Positions 11,201-22,561 of a stretch of DNA of 64,000 nt are shown here, one piece after another. The stretch's first letter is position 1. The number at the start of each line of letters is the position of its first letter. Below the pieces are notes generated by a model, which was given only the letters and a program-made list of their open reading frames with translations, had not been told where the DNA came from and made no database searches. The stretch is from Blastocladiella emersonii ATCC 22665 (Eukaryota; Fungi; Blastocladiomycota), in assembly GCA_025594325.1 (NCBI GenBank), contig JANHCV010000018.1, positions 124,001 through 188,000 on the forward strand, read 5' to 3'. The position numbers were made by a program, and so were the translations under genes.

Positions 11201-14200
11201 ACCCGCTGCTCCTTAGTCCTTCCCTGTACATTGATCCCGCGGCCGCCGCCGCCATGATGGACGAGGAGCACGAGCGCAATTACCCGGGCGCCCTCGTCAG
11301 CTCGCCGCTTCCTCCGCCTCCAGACTTCCCGTCGTCCAGTCCGCCGCCGCCGGCCGCGCGCTCCGGTGCCGTGGCTACGGCGACGCCCGCATCCGCATCC
11401 GCGACCCGCGACCAGGGGTCGTCGAACCAGGACCCCGAGGCCGAATTCAACGCCGCCCTCAACCGGCTCTCGCAGACCTCGACCACGCTCGTCGAGGCCC
11501 TGGCTGATCTACAGCAGGCTGCCGCTGCCGCCGCCACCACCGGGCCCAGCAAGGCTGCCGCCGCTGCCGCTTCGGCCCCAGCAGAAGCCCTCAGCGCCCA
11601 CCGGCTATCGCTCGGGTCGACGCTGTCCATGGATCTCGAGGCGTCGGGCCTCCTCCTGTCGCTCAACGACACGGACTCGATTGCATCATCCCTCGAGTCG
11701 TCGCCCGTCGTCGGCCTCCACGGCACCGGCCTTCACCGCGAGGTGTCGCTGTCCCACTCGGTGCGCTCGACCATGAGCATCTCCACTACGACCACGGCGA
11801 CTAGCGCCACCGAGGACGCTGCCGGCCTCGGCCCCAACGGCGCTCCCCTTCAGCCCATCACCCCCGAGGAGGAGGAGGCCGCGCGCCGCGAGCGCAAGCT
11901 GCGTAAGAAGCGTAAGAAGCGCATGCTCCAGGCGCAGGTCGAGGAGGCCCGCCGCCGCAAGCGTAACACGCGCTGGCAGCACGAGTTCGAGGACGGCGCG
12001 ACGGGCGCGCATGACCTCGAGCTGATCCAGGCGGCTGCCGTGGCCGCCCAGGCCGTCATGGCCGCCGATGAGGCCGTTGCGACCGCGGATCGCGCCCACG
12101 CTCAGCTCGTTCGCCGGGCCCGTGCTCGGACCGGTGTCGGCCGGCGGCCACGCTCCGACGACTCGGATACCGACCTCATTGCTGCTGCAGTCGCAGAGGG
12201 CTCCATTTCCACGGCCGACGGCACCGCTTCTCCTCGGCGTCTGGCTCCACCACCGCTTCGCGTCTCCATCAGCTCCGTCGAGTCGGGCGAGTCGGGCGAC
12301 ACGGGCCGCACGTCGACGCCGTCGCTCGGCAGCCCGCCGCTCACTCGCCGCCACCGTGGTACGCCGCTGTACCCGCATCCCGAGGGGAGCATCGATGACG
12401 GGGACCTTTACGATGCCAACGACGACCCGCGCCGCCGCTCCACTGGTTCCGCTTCGACCGGCTCCGGGGGCATGTACCAGTACTCTCGGGACCGGTACTC
12501 GGACACATCCATGTCCTTTCTCGAAGCAAACTACGGCGCCGACATCCGCTCGCATCAACTCTTTCTCGATGGCGCGCAAATTTCGCAGCTTCCCGACGGC
12601 GTGTTCCGCGACTGGAGCCACCTTACCGTGCTTGATCTCTCGTCCAACAAGCTCTCATCGCTTCCAGCGTCGCTCGCACGGCTGGTCAACCTGCAGGAGC
12701 TCGTGGTTCGCGAGAACCGCCTGCAGGAGCTCCCTGTCGAGCTGTGCGCGCTCGACAAGCTGGTAGTCCTTGACGTGAGCATCAACGAGCTGCAGCGACT
12801 GGGTACGTCGACCTCGAGTTCTGCGGACTTCATCTTGGTCGTGCTGATAACTCACGAAATGTACTCTTCCCTGACTCGTAGACCATTGGATTCACGAGCT
12901 CAAGCTCCTCGAAATCCTCGATGCTCGGACCAACCAACTCATTGCGCTTCCGCCCGAGCTCGGCCTGCTCTCGCACCTGCACACGCTGCTCCTCGACAAC
13001 AACCCGCTCGAGGCGCCGTACCGCGACCTCGCCTTCCCGCTGCAGGTCAAGACGTCGCCTTCGGCAGCGTGTCCGAACCCGGCCAACTGCCCCGAGCAGT
13101 CCCCCGCGCTCGCCGCCATCGTTGACGTCAAGCGTAACACCAGCCACTCGTCCTCGGTTGCCACGCGCAGCACTATCGGCGGCATCGCCATGGCCTCCAC
13201 GCTGTCGCTGGGTGACGCCGCACTTGCTGATCGCATGTCCCTGAGCTCGACCGACTCGCGCCGCTCCTCGCGCATCTCAGTCAACTCGACCGCCTCGGCC
13301 CCCGAACCGGGCATGGGCAAGACGGCGTCGCCCATGCTCCTGTCCGGTGACGCGCAGCTCCAGCACCATGAGCAGCAGCAGCTGATGCGCTCGTCGCTCA
13401 CGTCCAACGACTCGGGCATCGCGCACAGCAGCAGCGTCACGAGCGTTGGTCCCGAGAGTAAGCTGTCGGCCGCCCTCTCGCTCTCGACGCTCGAGCTCCC
13501 GCCGTCCTCGTCCTCGTCGGGGATGCTGCGGTCGGCCCCTGCGCCACTCGACAAGTCGGACACGGCCAGCCTTTACCAAAAGGACCTCCCGTCGCTCCCC
13601 GCGCTTCCGCAGCTCGGTGGGACTCTGGGCGAGGGGCGCCAGCGTGCAGAGCTGGCCGAGCTCGCACTCGACTCGGACAACGAGCCCATCGGCGCGTCGG
13701 TGGCACTGCTCAACCGGAAGGCCAGCCTCGACCTCCCCTCGGCCGACACGTCCCGTGGGCGTAGCGCGACAGCTTCGGCGGCCCGCTCCGCCGCCGGACC
13801 CTTGGCTAGCCCGCCGCTGCGCGCGATCCAGGTCCCGGGCTCAGCGAGCGGCCGAGGCCGCGCGTCGGGCCGGTCCATTTCCGTCGGGCCCAAGCCTCGT
13901 AGTGCATCGCTGGCTCCGGGCATGCTCTCGACCTCGACCCTCAGTACTCCAGGACTCGCGTCGACGCCCGTGTCGACAGCGCCGTCTCGCACCGGGTCCA
14001 TGGGGATCCCGAAGCTCGTCGGCATGTTTAAGAAGCGCAAGGAGGCGACCCGCGGGCTCGTCCGCCGCCATACCTCCCGCAGGTCGAGCAAGGATGGCTC
14101 GGGCCACGGCGCGCCGTCGGCGTCGCCCGCTGCCGTTGCCTCTGGCGCGATCTCGGCGCCGGTGGACGAGGCCGAGTCGCTGCTGCCGTTCGGTGGGAGC

Positions 14201-15571
14201 TACGACGACGATGATGATGCTCGCAGCGACGCCACGATCCCAACCCACCACCATCACCACCACGACCCGACGCTCACCCTCGCGTACGCGGCGGCGCTGC
14301 AGCGGCTGCTCGGGTACCTCCGCGACGTGTACGACCTGATGCCCGAGCACTCCGAGTCGGACCAGGTCCGCGCCAAGATCCGCGAGATGACGGTCAAGTC
14401 CGAGCAGCAGCAGAACTCGGGGCCCAGCAAGGCCGTCGCGGCAGCTGTCGCGGCTGCAACCGGCAAGAAGCCGGCAGATCCAGTCGTCCGCAAGCACATT
14501 GTCGCCGAGATTGTTTCGACTGAGGAAACCTACGTCCAGGAACTGGCGTACCTCGTCAAGGTCCGTCCGCTCATTCGTCCGTTACATTGACAAGGTGGGA
14601 CCATTGACTGACGCTTGGCATGCCGTACACTGTAGTGCTACGCCGAGCCCATGGTCAGCCAGGGTCTCCTGTCGCCAGAAGAGTCCAAGCTCGTGTTCAG
14701 CAACGTCGAGTCGATCCTGTCGTTCCACCAGGGCTACTTCCTGGGCGAGCTCAAGGCGGCGGGCGACATGGTCGGGCGCGTGTTCGCCAAGCACTCGGCG
14801 TACCTTAAGATGTACTCGGTGTTCATCAACGCGTTCGACAAGGGGATGCAGGAGTTTGAGAAGTGGGCGGGCAAGCGCAAGAAGCTGCGTGCGTTCCTCG
14901 CGCGGTGCCCGCAGGATCCGGCGCACCACCAGCTCAACTTTCAGGCGTACCTGATCCTGCCCATCCAGCGCATCCCGCGGTACCGGCTGCTGCTGCTCGA
15001 CCTGCTCAAGCACACGCCGCCGGGCCACGAGGACCACCGCGACCTGCTCCACGCCCTGGGCGAGGTGGAACGGCGCGCGTCCGAGATCAACGAACGCAAG
15101 CGCGACCAGGAGAACATGGAGCAGCTGCTCGCGATCCACGCGAAGATGCGGGCCAGCCACAACCTGACGGCGCCCCTCGTCCAGCCGCACCGGCGGTTCA
15201 TCCGCGAGGGCGAGCTCATGATTGTCCGGTTCGTCAAGCTCACGTCGACGAGCGGGCACGGCGGCAGCGGCGGTGCCCTGGCGCGGCGCTCCGGCGGCTC
15301 GTCCCGGTCGCAGCTCGCGCTCCGCGAGATGGAAGTCCGCAAGACGTTCACCTTCTTCCTGTTCAACGACATCATGATCCAGTGCAAGCGCGAGGGCGAC
15401 AAGTTCGACCCGTGGCGCGCGCTCAAGCTCACGTCGCGCGTCGCGCCGGCGTCGCTCACGCCGGACGGGTACCTGCGCGTCGCCGACGAGTCGGTGGTGC
15501 TGTACCTGTCGTCCACGGACTTGGTCCTGCGCAACTGGATGTCGGACATCAACAGCCGATACCTGCGCTGA
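8215..15571 (+). CDS. Large (~2400 aa) protein: N-terminal TM, long Pro/Ser/Ala-rich region, LRRs and C-terminal RhoGEF DH-PH; exons 8215-12802, 12882-14560, 14636-15571
   Basis: Two GT-AG introns (12803-12881, 14561-14635) join three ORFs in frame. LRRs: LTVLDLSSNKLSSLP, LQELVVRENRLQELP, LEILDARTNQLIALP, LHTLLLDNNPL. DH: RKHIVAEIVSTEETYVQEL, VFSNVESIL, YLILPIQRIPRYRLLLLDLLKHTP. PH: RRFIREGEL, FFLFNDIMIQCK. Confidence 0.85.
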
Positions 15572-15883
15572 GCCTCTCCCTGTAATTTTCCTACGTGTAC
15601 TTATAGAATCCTGCTGTGTTTTTTGTGGACTCCCAGCTTGTCGCGTGCAGATGTCGCGTGAGAGTGGCCCATGTGGCGCCGCAGCTGCGGCGGCGGCGAG
15701 AGTCGATGCACCCCCGCTGCGGCTCCTGCTGCCGCCGCCGCCGCCGCCGCCGGCTCTCCTCTCTCTCCTCCAACGTTCAAGGAGGACAGAACGTACACTC
15801 CATCCGAGCAACGTAATCGACGAAACGGCAGCGCTGCTACGACCCCGTTGAAACGCCGAGGCGCGCGCCCCGCCACCACGAGA

Positions 15884-18028
15884 ATGACCTCCATCGTCGG
15901 CAGCGCAAAGCTGCCACCCAAATACGCCGTCCGGGCGCGCCTCGACTTCAAGTCCACGTCGCCCGTGATCCTCTCGTTCCGCGTCGGCGACTTCTTCCTC
16001 GTGACCGACGCGGATCCGCCCGCCGCCGCGGGGCTCGGCCGCCCGCCCAACCCGCCCGACGCGCAGCCGAGCGAGATCGACTCGCCGTGGCTCGAAGTCT
16101 CGGACCCCGTGCGCCAGGTCAAGGGACTGGTCCCCTCGGCCTTCTTCAACGTCATCCACCGCTCGGGACACGCCCACCAGCAGGCTGCGCCGAGCGCCCC
16201 GAACCGCGCGCTTCATGGTCCGGACGCCGCGAGCCCGGTTGCTGGCGGCCTTGCTGCGTCCTCGGGCACCTCGTCTGCTGCTCCCGTCGTGTATCCCGCG
16301 GTGGTCCAGTTCGACTTTGCGCCCGAGCAGGCCGACGAGCTGCCCGCCAAGCAGGGCGACCACGTCCTCGTTCTCGCCCACAGCGGCATGGAGTGGGTCG
16401 TTGCCAAGTTTATTGGCAAGCTCGGGGACCCGGGCCTTATTCCCATTAGCTACCTCGAGGTCCGCGACCCCGTGTCCAACCGCCCAATCCGGGACTTTAC
16501 CGCGGTCTTGCGCCAGGGCCGGCTCCTGCCGCTCAAGCAGTGGAAGGCGCGCCAGCAGGCGCTCGCCGACCAGGCTGTCGTCCTCGGCGCTTCGCCTCCG
16601 CAGATTGCGCCACGCACCGTGTCTGCTGCCTCGGCCGGGAGCAATGGACCACCTGGCGTGGGTAGCCCACTTTCTCCACCGGCCGTACCCTCAAATACTG
16701 CTTCTGGACTCTCACCTCGCCTTCGGACTCTCGATCTCAACGGCGGCGCCCAGTATGCCGCCCGCCGTTCGTACGAGCCCGACCGCAGTCAATCCAACGG
16801 GAGCCAAGGCCACCCCCATGCGCGGCGCCCGTCGAATGCCTCCGCTTACAGTACTGCGAGCGCTCCAGACGCTCCCACTCGGTCCGCTTCCTTCAACGTA
16901 CCGACAGACGCACCACCCGTGCCTCGATCGCCAGGCCGCGAAGACTTTTCACCGTCGGGATCCCAGCCGTCGTGGGGGCCACCGCCTCGGAGTCCGAGCC
17001 AGTCACACGCGTTCCTTGACCCGCGTGCGCCGATTGTGAGCGTGTCGATCCCGAGCTTCGAGGAACGCGCCCGCGGGCCCTCGAACCCGACACCCGGCGA
17101 TCCCTACTATTACTTTGTGCACGTCGCACGCGCCGACGGGACGCGATGTGTTCTCGCGCGCCACCATTCTCATTTCTACGACATGCAAATGGCGCTCCTC
17201 GAGGCGTTCCCCCGGGAGGCCGGGCGCGTCCCCTCACCAAGGGCGAAGGTGGACGACTACATACTCGAAGCACCGCACGCCAAGGCTGCCGAACGCTTGC
17301 TTCCGTACCTGCCCGCGCGTGTCCCCGACGCGCAAATCACACCGACTATTGGAAGCGTGCGCCGCGCTGAACTTGAAAGCTATCTTCGCGCTCTCACTCA
17401 ACTTCCGGCATACATTCTCGGACACGGGAGCGTGGCAAACTTCTTCCGTCCACGCGCTGGTGACCGGCTTCGTCGGCCCTCGGTCGGTCCGCCATCACCT
17501 CAACCACCTTCTGCCCACTCGCCGACTTGGTCTGGTCCAGGAGCGCGTGGCGCGGCGACTCGCACCGGAGCCAACAACGGCAGAGCGCTGAGCTCCGCCA
17601 GTTCGGACCACCACGCTTCCTCGGCGTACCCTACTCCACCACCGATGGCAAGTCCATCGGGAAGTCGTGGAAGCGCGGATGACCAACACCGGCCGTCCCC
17701 ACCCGAGCAGCAGCGCCACTTGTCGTCGTCTGGTTACCAACCGGTTGTTGGGTTGCCTCCGGCCAGCAGCAACCTAAGCCTCAAAATCAAGGTCGTTTAT
17801 GGTCCTGACGTCTTCGCCGTCCGCGCCAACCCAGGCACCATCAATCACTCGTCGCTCCTGACCAAGGTCGCCGACAAGCTTTTTAACGGCGACCTGGGCG
17901 CCATCAACCGTGTCCTGTGGCGCCGTCCAGGGGGCGATGCGACTGATTTCGTCGACCTCGACACCGAGGAGGCGCTCGAGGAGGCCGTGAGGGTGAGCGG
18001 CGAGAAGATGCTCGTATACATTCAATAA
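15884..18028 (+). CDS. BEM1: Bem1/Scd2-like polarity scaffold (SH3-SH3-PX-PB1)
   Basis: SH3a: YAVRARLDF...WLEVSDP...KGLVPSAFF. SH3b: AVVQFDFAPEQADEL...EWVVAKFIGKLGDPGLIPISYLE. PX: YYYFVHV...RHHSHFYDMQMALLEAFPREAG...LPYLP...LESYLRAL. PB1: LKIKVVYGPDVFAVR. Intronless; first ATG at 15884. Confidence 0.85.
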   Translation: MTSIVGSAKLPPKYAVRARLDFKSTSPVILSFRVGDFFLVTDADPPAAAGLGRPPNPPDAQPSEIDSPWLEVSDPVRQVKGLVPSAFFNVIHRSGHAHQQAAPSAPNRALHGPDAASPVAGGLAASSGTSSAAPVVYPAVVQFDFAPEQADELPAKQGDHVLVLAHSGMEWVVAKFIGKLGDPGLIPISYLEVRDPVSNRPIRDFTAVLRQGRLLPLKQWKARQQALADQAVVLGASPPQIAPRTVSAASAGSNGPPGVGSPLSPPAVPSNTASGLSPRLRTLDLNGGAQYAARRSYEPDRSQSNGSQGHPHARRPSNASAYSTASAPDAPTRSASFNVPTDAPPVPRSPGREDFSPSGSQPSWGPPPRSPSQSHAFLDPRAPIVSVSIPSFEERARGPSNPTPGDPYYYFVHVARADGTRCVLARHHSHFYDMQMALLEAFPREAGRVPSPRAKVDDYILEAPHAKAAERLLPYLPARVPDAQITPTIGSVRRAELESYLRALTQLPAYILGHGSVANFFRPRAGDRLRRPSVGPPSPQPPSAHSPTWSGPGARGAATRTGANNGRALSSASSDHHASSAYPTPPPMASPSGSRGSADDQHRPSPPEQQRHLSSSGYQPVVGLPPASSNLSLKIKVVYGPDVFAVRANPGTINHSSLLTKVADKLFNGDLGAINRVLWRRPGGDATDFVDLDTEEALEEAVRVSGEKMLVYIQ

Positions 18029-18294
18029 ATGGGAAGGTTATGTTCGTAAAGTGTGTGGTACGACTAGGTAGGGGCCGGTTGCTCATCAGACCTCTTGGCA
18101 TGTGGTTCCGCTGTCTCCTTGCCTGATTGCTCAGCTGCTCGCTTAGCGAGCCGGAAGGCGGGCGGGGTGGAGGTCGCAGCGCGATCGGCGGCGACCAGTC
18201 AAAACCGCCGACCCACTCGGCAACCCGTTCGCTCTCTCCCCTCGTCCCCTCACACATGAAGCAAGCTTCAGTCAAGTAGCGCAACGTGTTGCCA

Positions 18295-19209
18295 ATGCTC
18301 TCAAAGATCTTCCTCCGCCCCGGCTTCGCGTCCGCACTGGCGCTGTCAACGGGCATCCAGCTCGGAGCGTACACCTACTCGACCGTCGGCCGCGACGAGC
18401 CTACAGAGCACTATTATGATCTCTCCGGCAGCGTTACGCACCTTGCGCTGGTTGCCCAGGCCGTAAGCGTGAGCGCCCTCGCGAGCAAGCGCGGGGTTCC
18501 ACATCCCCGTGTTCTGCTCCTGGGCGCCCTCTCGAGCGTGTGGGCAGTTCGACTCGGTACCTACCTGTACGGCCGAGTCAAACGCACGGGCAAGGACTCG
18601 CGGTTTGATGAGCTCAAGAAGAACCCCGCGGCGTGGGTGTTCCCGTGGGCCGCACAGGCGGTGTGGTGCTTCTCGCTCCAGCTGCCTCTTACCCTCGCTG
18701 CCCTTTCGGCGGCACGGGGTACTGCTCCCCGACTGCGAGCGCTGGACCTCGTCGGCGTAGCCGTCTTTGCGGGCGGCCTTGCGCTCGAATGGGTGGCAGA
18801 CCGTCAAAAGGACGCGTTCAAGTCCGCAAACCCCACGGCCCCGATGACCTCAGGCGTCTTCCGCTACTCGGTCTACGCAAACTACGCAGGCGAGATGTCG
18901 CTCTGGTGGGGCGCCTTCCTGCTCGCAGCCCCGGCCATGACTTCGCCGTGGATGTACGCGGGCGCCGCCGCAGGCCCGCTCTTTGATGCTCTCTTGCTGC
19001 TCAAGGTCTCCGGCATCCCCTTGCTCGAGAAGTCGGCCTGGTCAAAGTACGGCAACGACCCCAAGTACGTCGAGTACCGTGCCAAGACGGCGACGCTCCT
19101 GCCGTGGTGGCCCAAGGCGCACCTAACGGAGGTTGATCTCGCTGCCGTTCGCACGCTCGCTCAGGAGGCCGGCGTCAACACGATTGCCTCTGTCGAGAAG
19201 AAGGAGTAA
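18295..19209 (+). CDS. DUF1295 / steroid 5-alpha-reductase-like multi-pass membrane protein
   Basis: HYYDLSGS, WAVRLGTYLYGR, GKDSRFDELK, ADRQKDAFK, GVFRYSVYANYAGE, LLKVSGIPLLE match the DUF1295 pattern. Confidence 0.85.
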   Translation: MLSKIFLRPGFASALALSTGIQLGAYTYSTVGRDEPTEHYYDLSGSVTHLALVAQAVSVSALASKRGVPHPRVLLLGALSSVWAVRLGTYLYGRVKRTGKDSRFDELKKNPAAWVFPWAAQAVWCFSLQLPLTLAALSAARGTAPRLRALDLVGVAVFAGGLALEWVADRQKDAFKSANPTAPMTSGVFRYSVYANYAGEMSLWWGAFLLAAPAMTSPWMYAGAAAGPLFDALLLLKVSGIPLLEKSAWSKYGNDPKYVEYRAKTATLLPWWPKAHLTEVDLAAVRTLAQEAGVNTIASVEKKE

Positions 19210-19579
19210 TCGTGCTAGACCCCGCAGGTTGTGGTGGTGCTGCCGAAAGAAATGTGGAACGACGCGAAATACAATCAAACCCCGTGTACCTGTTGAACGA
19301 CCGCGGGACCCTTGCTGACTGCTGCGGAGAAGCATACACACTCAACAATGGTAATATCCGAGTGGAGTCACGAGACCGGCGACAGACAAAAATGAGCGAC
19401 GCGTCGTGACGTGAGGCGCGTGCCCGTCACGTGGGCTGCAAAAGTCCTCGTCAGCACGCGCCGTCGCGTCGGCGGCCGGCCGTGGCCTGCCCGCTCGCTC
19501 AGCCCTCCGTCGCCATGAATCCAGCATCCGTGACAGCTGCACCACCGCACAACTCGACGCAACAACCCACGTAAACACC

Positions 19580-20254
19580 ATGGAATCGCTCTTCGGCGTC
19601 GTCGGCAAGGACTTTGTCGTGGTGGCCTCGGACATGTCGTCGATCCGCTCGATCGTGGTGCTCAAGTCACACGAGGACCGCACGCGCGACCTCAACTCGC
19701 ACAACGTCCTGCTGTACACGGGCGAGCCCGGCGACTGCGTCCAGTTTTCCGAGTACATCCAGCGCAACGTCCAGCTCTACAGCATCAAGAACGACGTGCC
19801 CCTCAACACGGCGGGGTGCGCCAGTTTCACGCGCCGTGCCCTTGCCGACAGCCTCCGCAGTCGTGTACGTTGTGCTGTGTGCTCCCCCGCGCTTCGCAGA
19901 CTCATGATTGACTCGGTCGGTTGCGGTTCGCGTGGCGTGTAGGGCGCGTACCAGACCAACCTCCTGATCGCGGGCTGGGACCCCAAGGACGGCCCGCGGC
20001 TCTACTGGATCGACTACCTCTCGTCGGGACTCTCGGTGCCCTTCGCGTGCCAGGGCTACGGCGGCTACTTCTGCTACTCGACCATGGACCGCTACTACCA
20101 CAGCGACATGACCAAGGACGAGGCCGTGGCGCTCATCAAGAAGTGCATCGCCGAGCTCAAGACCCGCTTCGTCGCCAACCTGCCCAACTGGCAGATCAAG
20201 ATCATCGACAAGGACGGCATCACGGTCAATGTCGTTGAGGGCTCGGCGGTCTGA
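19580..20254 (+). CDS. PRE1: 20S proteasome subunit beta4 (PRE1/PSMB2); exons 19580-19864, 19943-20254
   Basis: MESLFGVVGKDFVVVASD, GEPGDCVQFSEYIQRNVQLY; after the intron GAYQTNLLIAGWD...LYWIDYL...QGYGGYFCYSTMDRYY. Confidence 0.93.
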
Positions 20255-20511
20255 GCCGATTGTAATTAACATTCAAAAGATTCCCGTTCGCCTGCTCTGC
20301 TGACACGTCAATCCTCTATCCTACATGAAAACCTCGAAACGGGGGACCATTCATACTGCTGAGTTTCCGTCACGTGCCTGATTGAGAGCTGCGCTGGCAT
20401 TTCGGTTACTGGCGGACGACGCGCTGCGGACGCGTCCGATCGCCTCGCCTCCTCTCCTCGCCCCCCTTTCGCTGAGGCGCAGGAAAGCACCCCCCCCCCC
20501 ACGGACATCTC

Positions 20512-22455
20512 ATGCATTCTGTACTTGCTGCATTGCAACAGGGCGTGTACCCTCTGACCGCCATTGCGTCAACCGGCGTCGTCGAGGCCAACTACCGCGT
20601 CTCGGTCTTCGGCGACGAGAACGTAGCACCGTCAAGCCCGATTCTACTGTGCGTCGTCAACCTTGTCTCATGCTCGTCGCTCCTCGGCGGGACAGACCTA
20701 GGACAGCATCTCACGCACCCTCGTCTGTAGGGCGAGCACCCACGCCGGCATGGTCATGGACCCTGCCATCCTTATTGCGACGGCCGTGCATAAGCGGCAG
20801 GCCCACTTCTGGGCCAAGGCGACGGTCTGGAATCACCCCGTCATGGCCTTTATCTTCGACGGGCTTGGTGCCGTGCCTGTGCGTTCACACAAGCGACTTG
20901 GCGCTCGCCACGTATTCCAGTACTGACTTTTGGTGACGATGGCAGGTCTTCCGCAACACCAAGTCGCGATCGACGAGCCCCGATATGGGCAGCTCACTAT
21001 CTGCTGGTCCTCCACTCAAGGCGCCGAATGTTGGGGCCGACGAGCACAATGTTCAATCGCTGAGTCCTGGGCCGACGGATGACGCCACGTCGCGTCCGGC
21101 CACACCGAATTCGAGCGCCAATGCCCGGCTGTGGCAGGCCACACGGAGCATGCTCAAGTCAGGCGAATTGATTGCGGTCTTCCCCGAGGGCACGTCCTAC
21201 ACTTTGCCACATCTCATCGAGTTCAAGGATGGCCTCGCCAAGGTACTCCGCCACGCTCTCCCATCCCTCCCATCCCGTGCCAACCTTGTTCGTCCACTCA
21301 TTCCGCTTGGCTTCGCACGTTTATAGGCCGCACTTGACTACGCAGCTTATGCAAAGAACGAGGGCATTGCACCTGCCGACATCATACCCGTGGGCATCAC
21401 CTACGTTGACAAAGAGACGTGGCGCTCACAGGCCATTGTCATGTACGGCAAACCCATTGCGGTTGGGCCGTTTGCCGATCGTCCCGTCTCTTCCTTGACC
21501 AAGCACGTTGAGAACGCTGTGCGGTCCCTCACAGCCAACGCACCGGACTGGTACGCGATTTTCATGCTTATCATCCGCGCCCAATGCTTACGACGCGCTG
21601 TGTAGGGATACGATGAACGCCGCCCGGACGGCGTATTCCCTGCTGCATTCGAGCGGCATGGATGGCGATGTCGACCCAGCGCGATTCGTGCCCATTTTAC
21701 AGGCCTTGATCTCACTGTTTTCCGATCTTGGTGCTCACCCCGAGGTTGCGAACTTGAAGTCTGGCATCGTGGCGTACAACCAGCTCCTTGACCGCCACGG
21801 TCTTGTGGACTTGACTATTCGTCGCTTTGGCGCTGGTGGCGGCTATCAACGCGTTACCCGCTCCTTGAAATCGCTTGCCCTCCGCTTACCGCTTATTGCC
21901 CCTGGGCTCTTGCTCTACTCGCCCGTTTTTGCCGCCTGCATCTTTCTCAACAGCCGTCAGCCGTACAGGGAGTGTCACGGGCAGACCAAGGGCCTCGCGA
22001 CGCTGGTCCTCGTCCCTACCATTCACCTGATCGTCACGATCACGACGCTTTGCTTGTGCGGAGTCATGTCCGCTTTTGTCATGGAGATGTTCTTGGTCTG
22101 GCTCTCGGCTCTCTTCCTGTTCGTCATCGACGACTCGATTGATTCGGTTCGTTGCCTGTACCAGTCGCTCAAATTCGCCGCAACCTCTGCCCGCGGCGAT
22201 CTCATTGCCACCCGGGCCGCCCTCAGCCAGGAGCTCATGTCTATCCTCACGGACCCAGAATCGCCAATCAACACGATCACCAGAGACGAGTATGCGCGCG
22301 CGCCTTTTGGGCCGTTCAAGATCGAGCAATCTTCGCCAAGCCTGCCGCGAGGAACTCCGTCGTATCCTGAACCGACTCACATAAGTTTTGAGCAGGCGCC
22401 GTGGGACTCGGTGGTTGAGCACATCGGCGAACTGCGACGCTGGCTGGACTGTTGA
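20512..22455 (+). CDS. Fungal-type glycerol-3-phosphate/DHAP acyltransferase (Sct1/Gpt2 family); introns 20649-20730, 20879-20945, 21243-21326, 21551-21605
   Basis: The spliced product has HX5D (THAGMVMD), FWAK, GAVPVFR, VFPEGTS, IIPVGITY...YGKPI and C-terminal TM helices. All four introns keep frame. The start codon is less certain. Confidence 0.85.
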
Positions 22456-22561
22456 GGAGTGCATGTGCACAATGAATATATATTTACAAAGTCCTGCCAA
22501 CCTTCAGGCAGCACAATTTGACGTTGCAACCGCATCACCGCGCTCGAACAGAGCGAGGGAA

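Noticed and set aside
1257-16400. Long antisense or alternate-frame ORFs overlapping real genes (e.g. 2097-3587, 6107-7990, 14582-16381)
   Set aside because: Expected shadows of high-GC3 coding sequence; Arg/Gly/Ala-rich with no domains.
19406-19432. CGTGACG...CGTCACG inverted repeat upstream of PRE1
   Set aside because: May be a bZIP/bHLH-type promoter site, but a 7-bp dyad in GC-rich DNA is not significant without comparative data.
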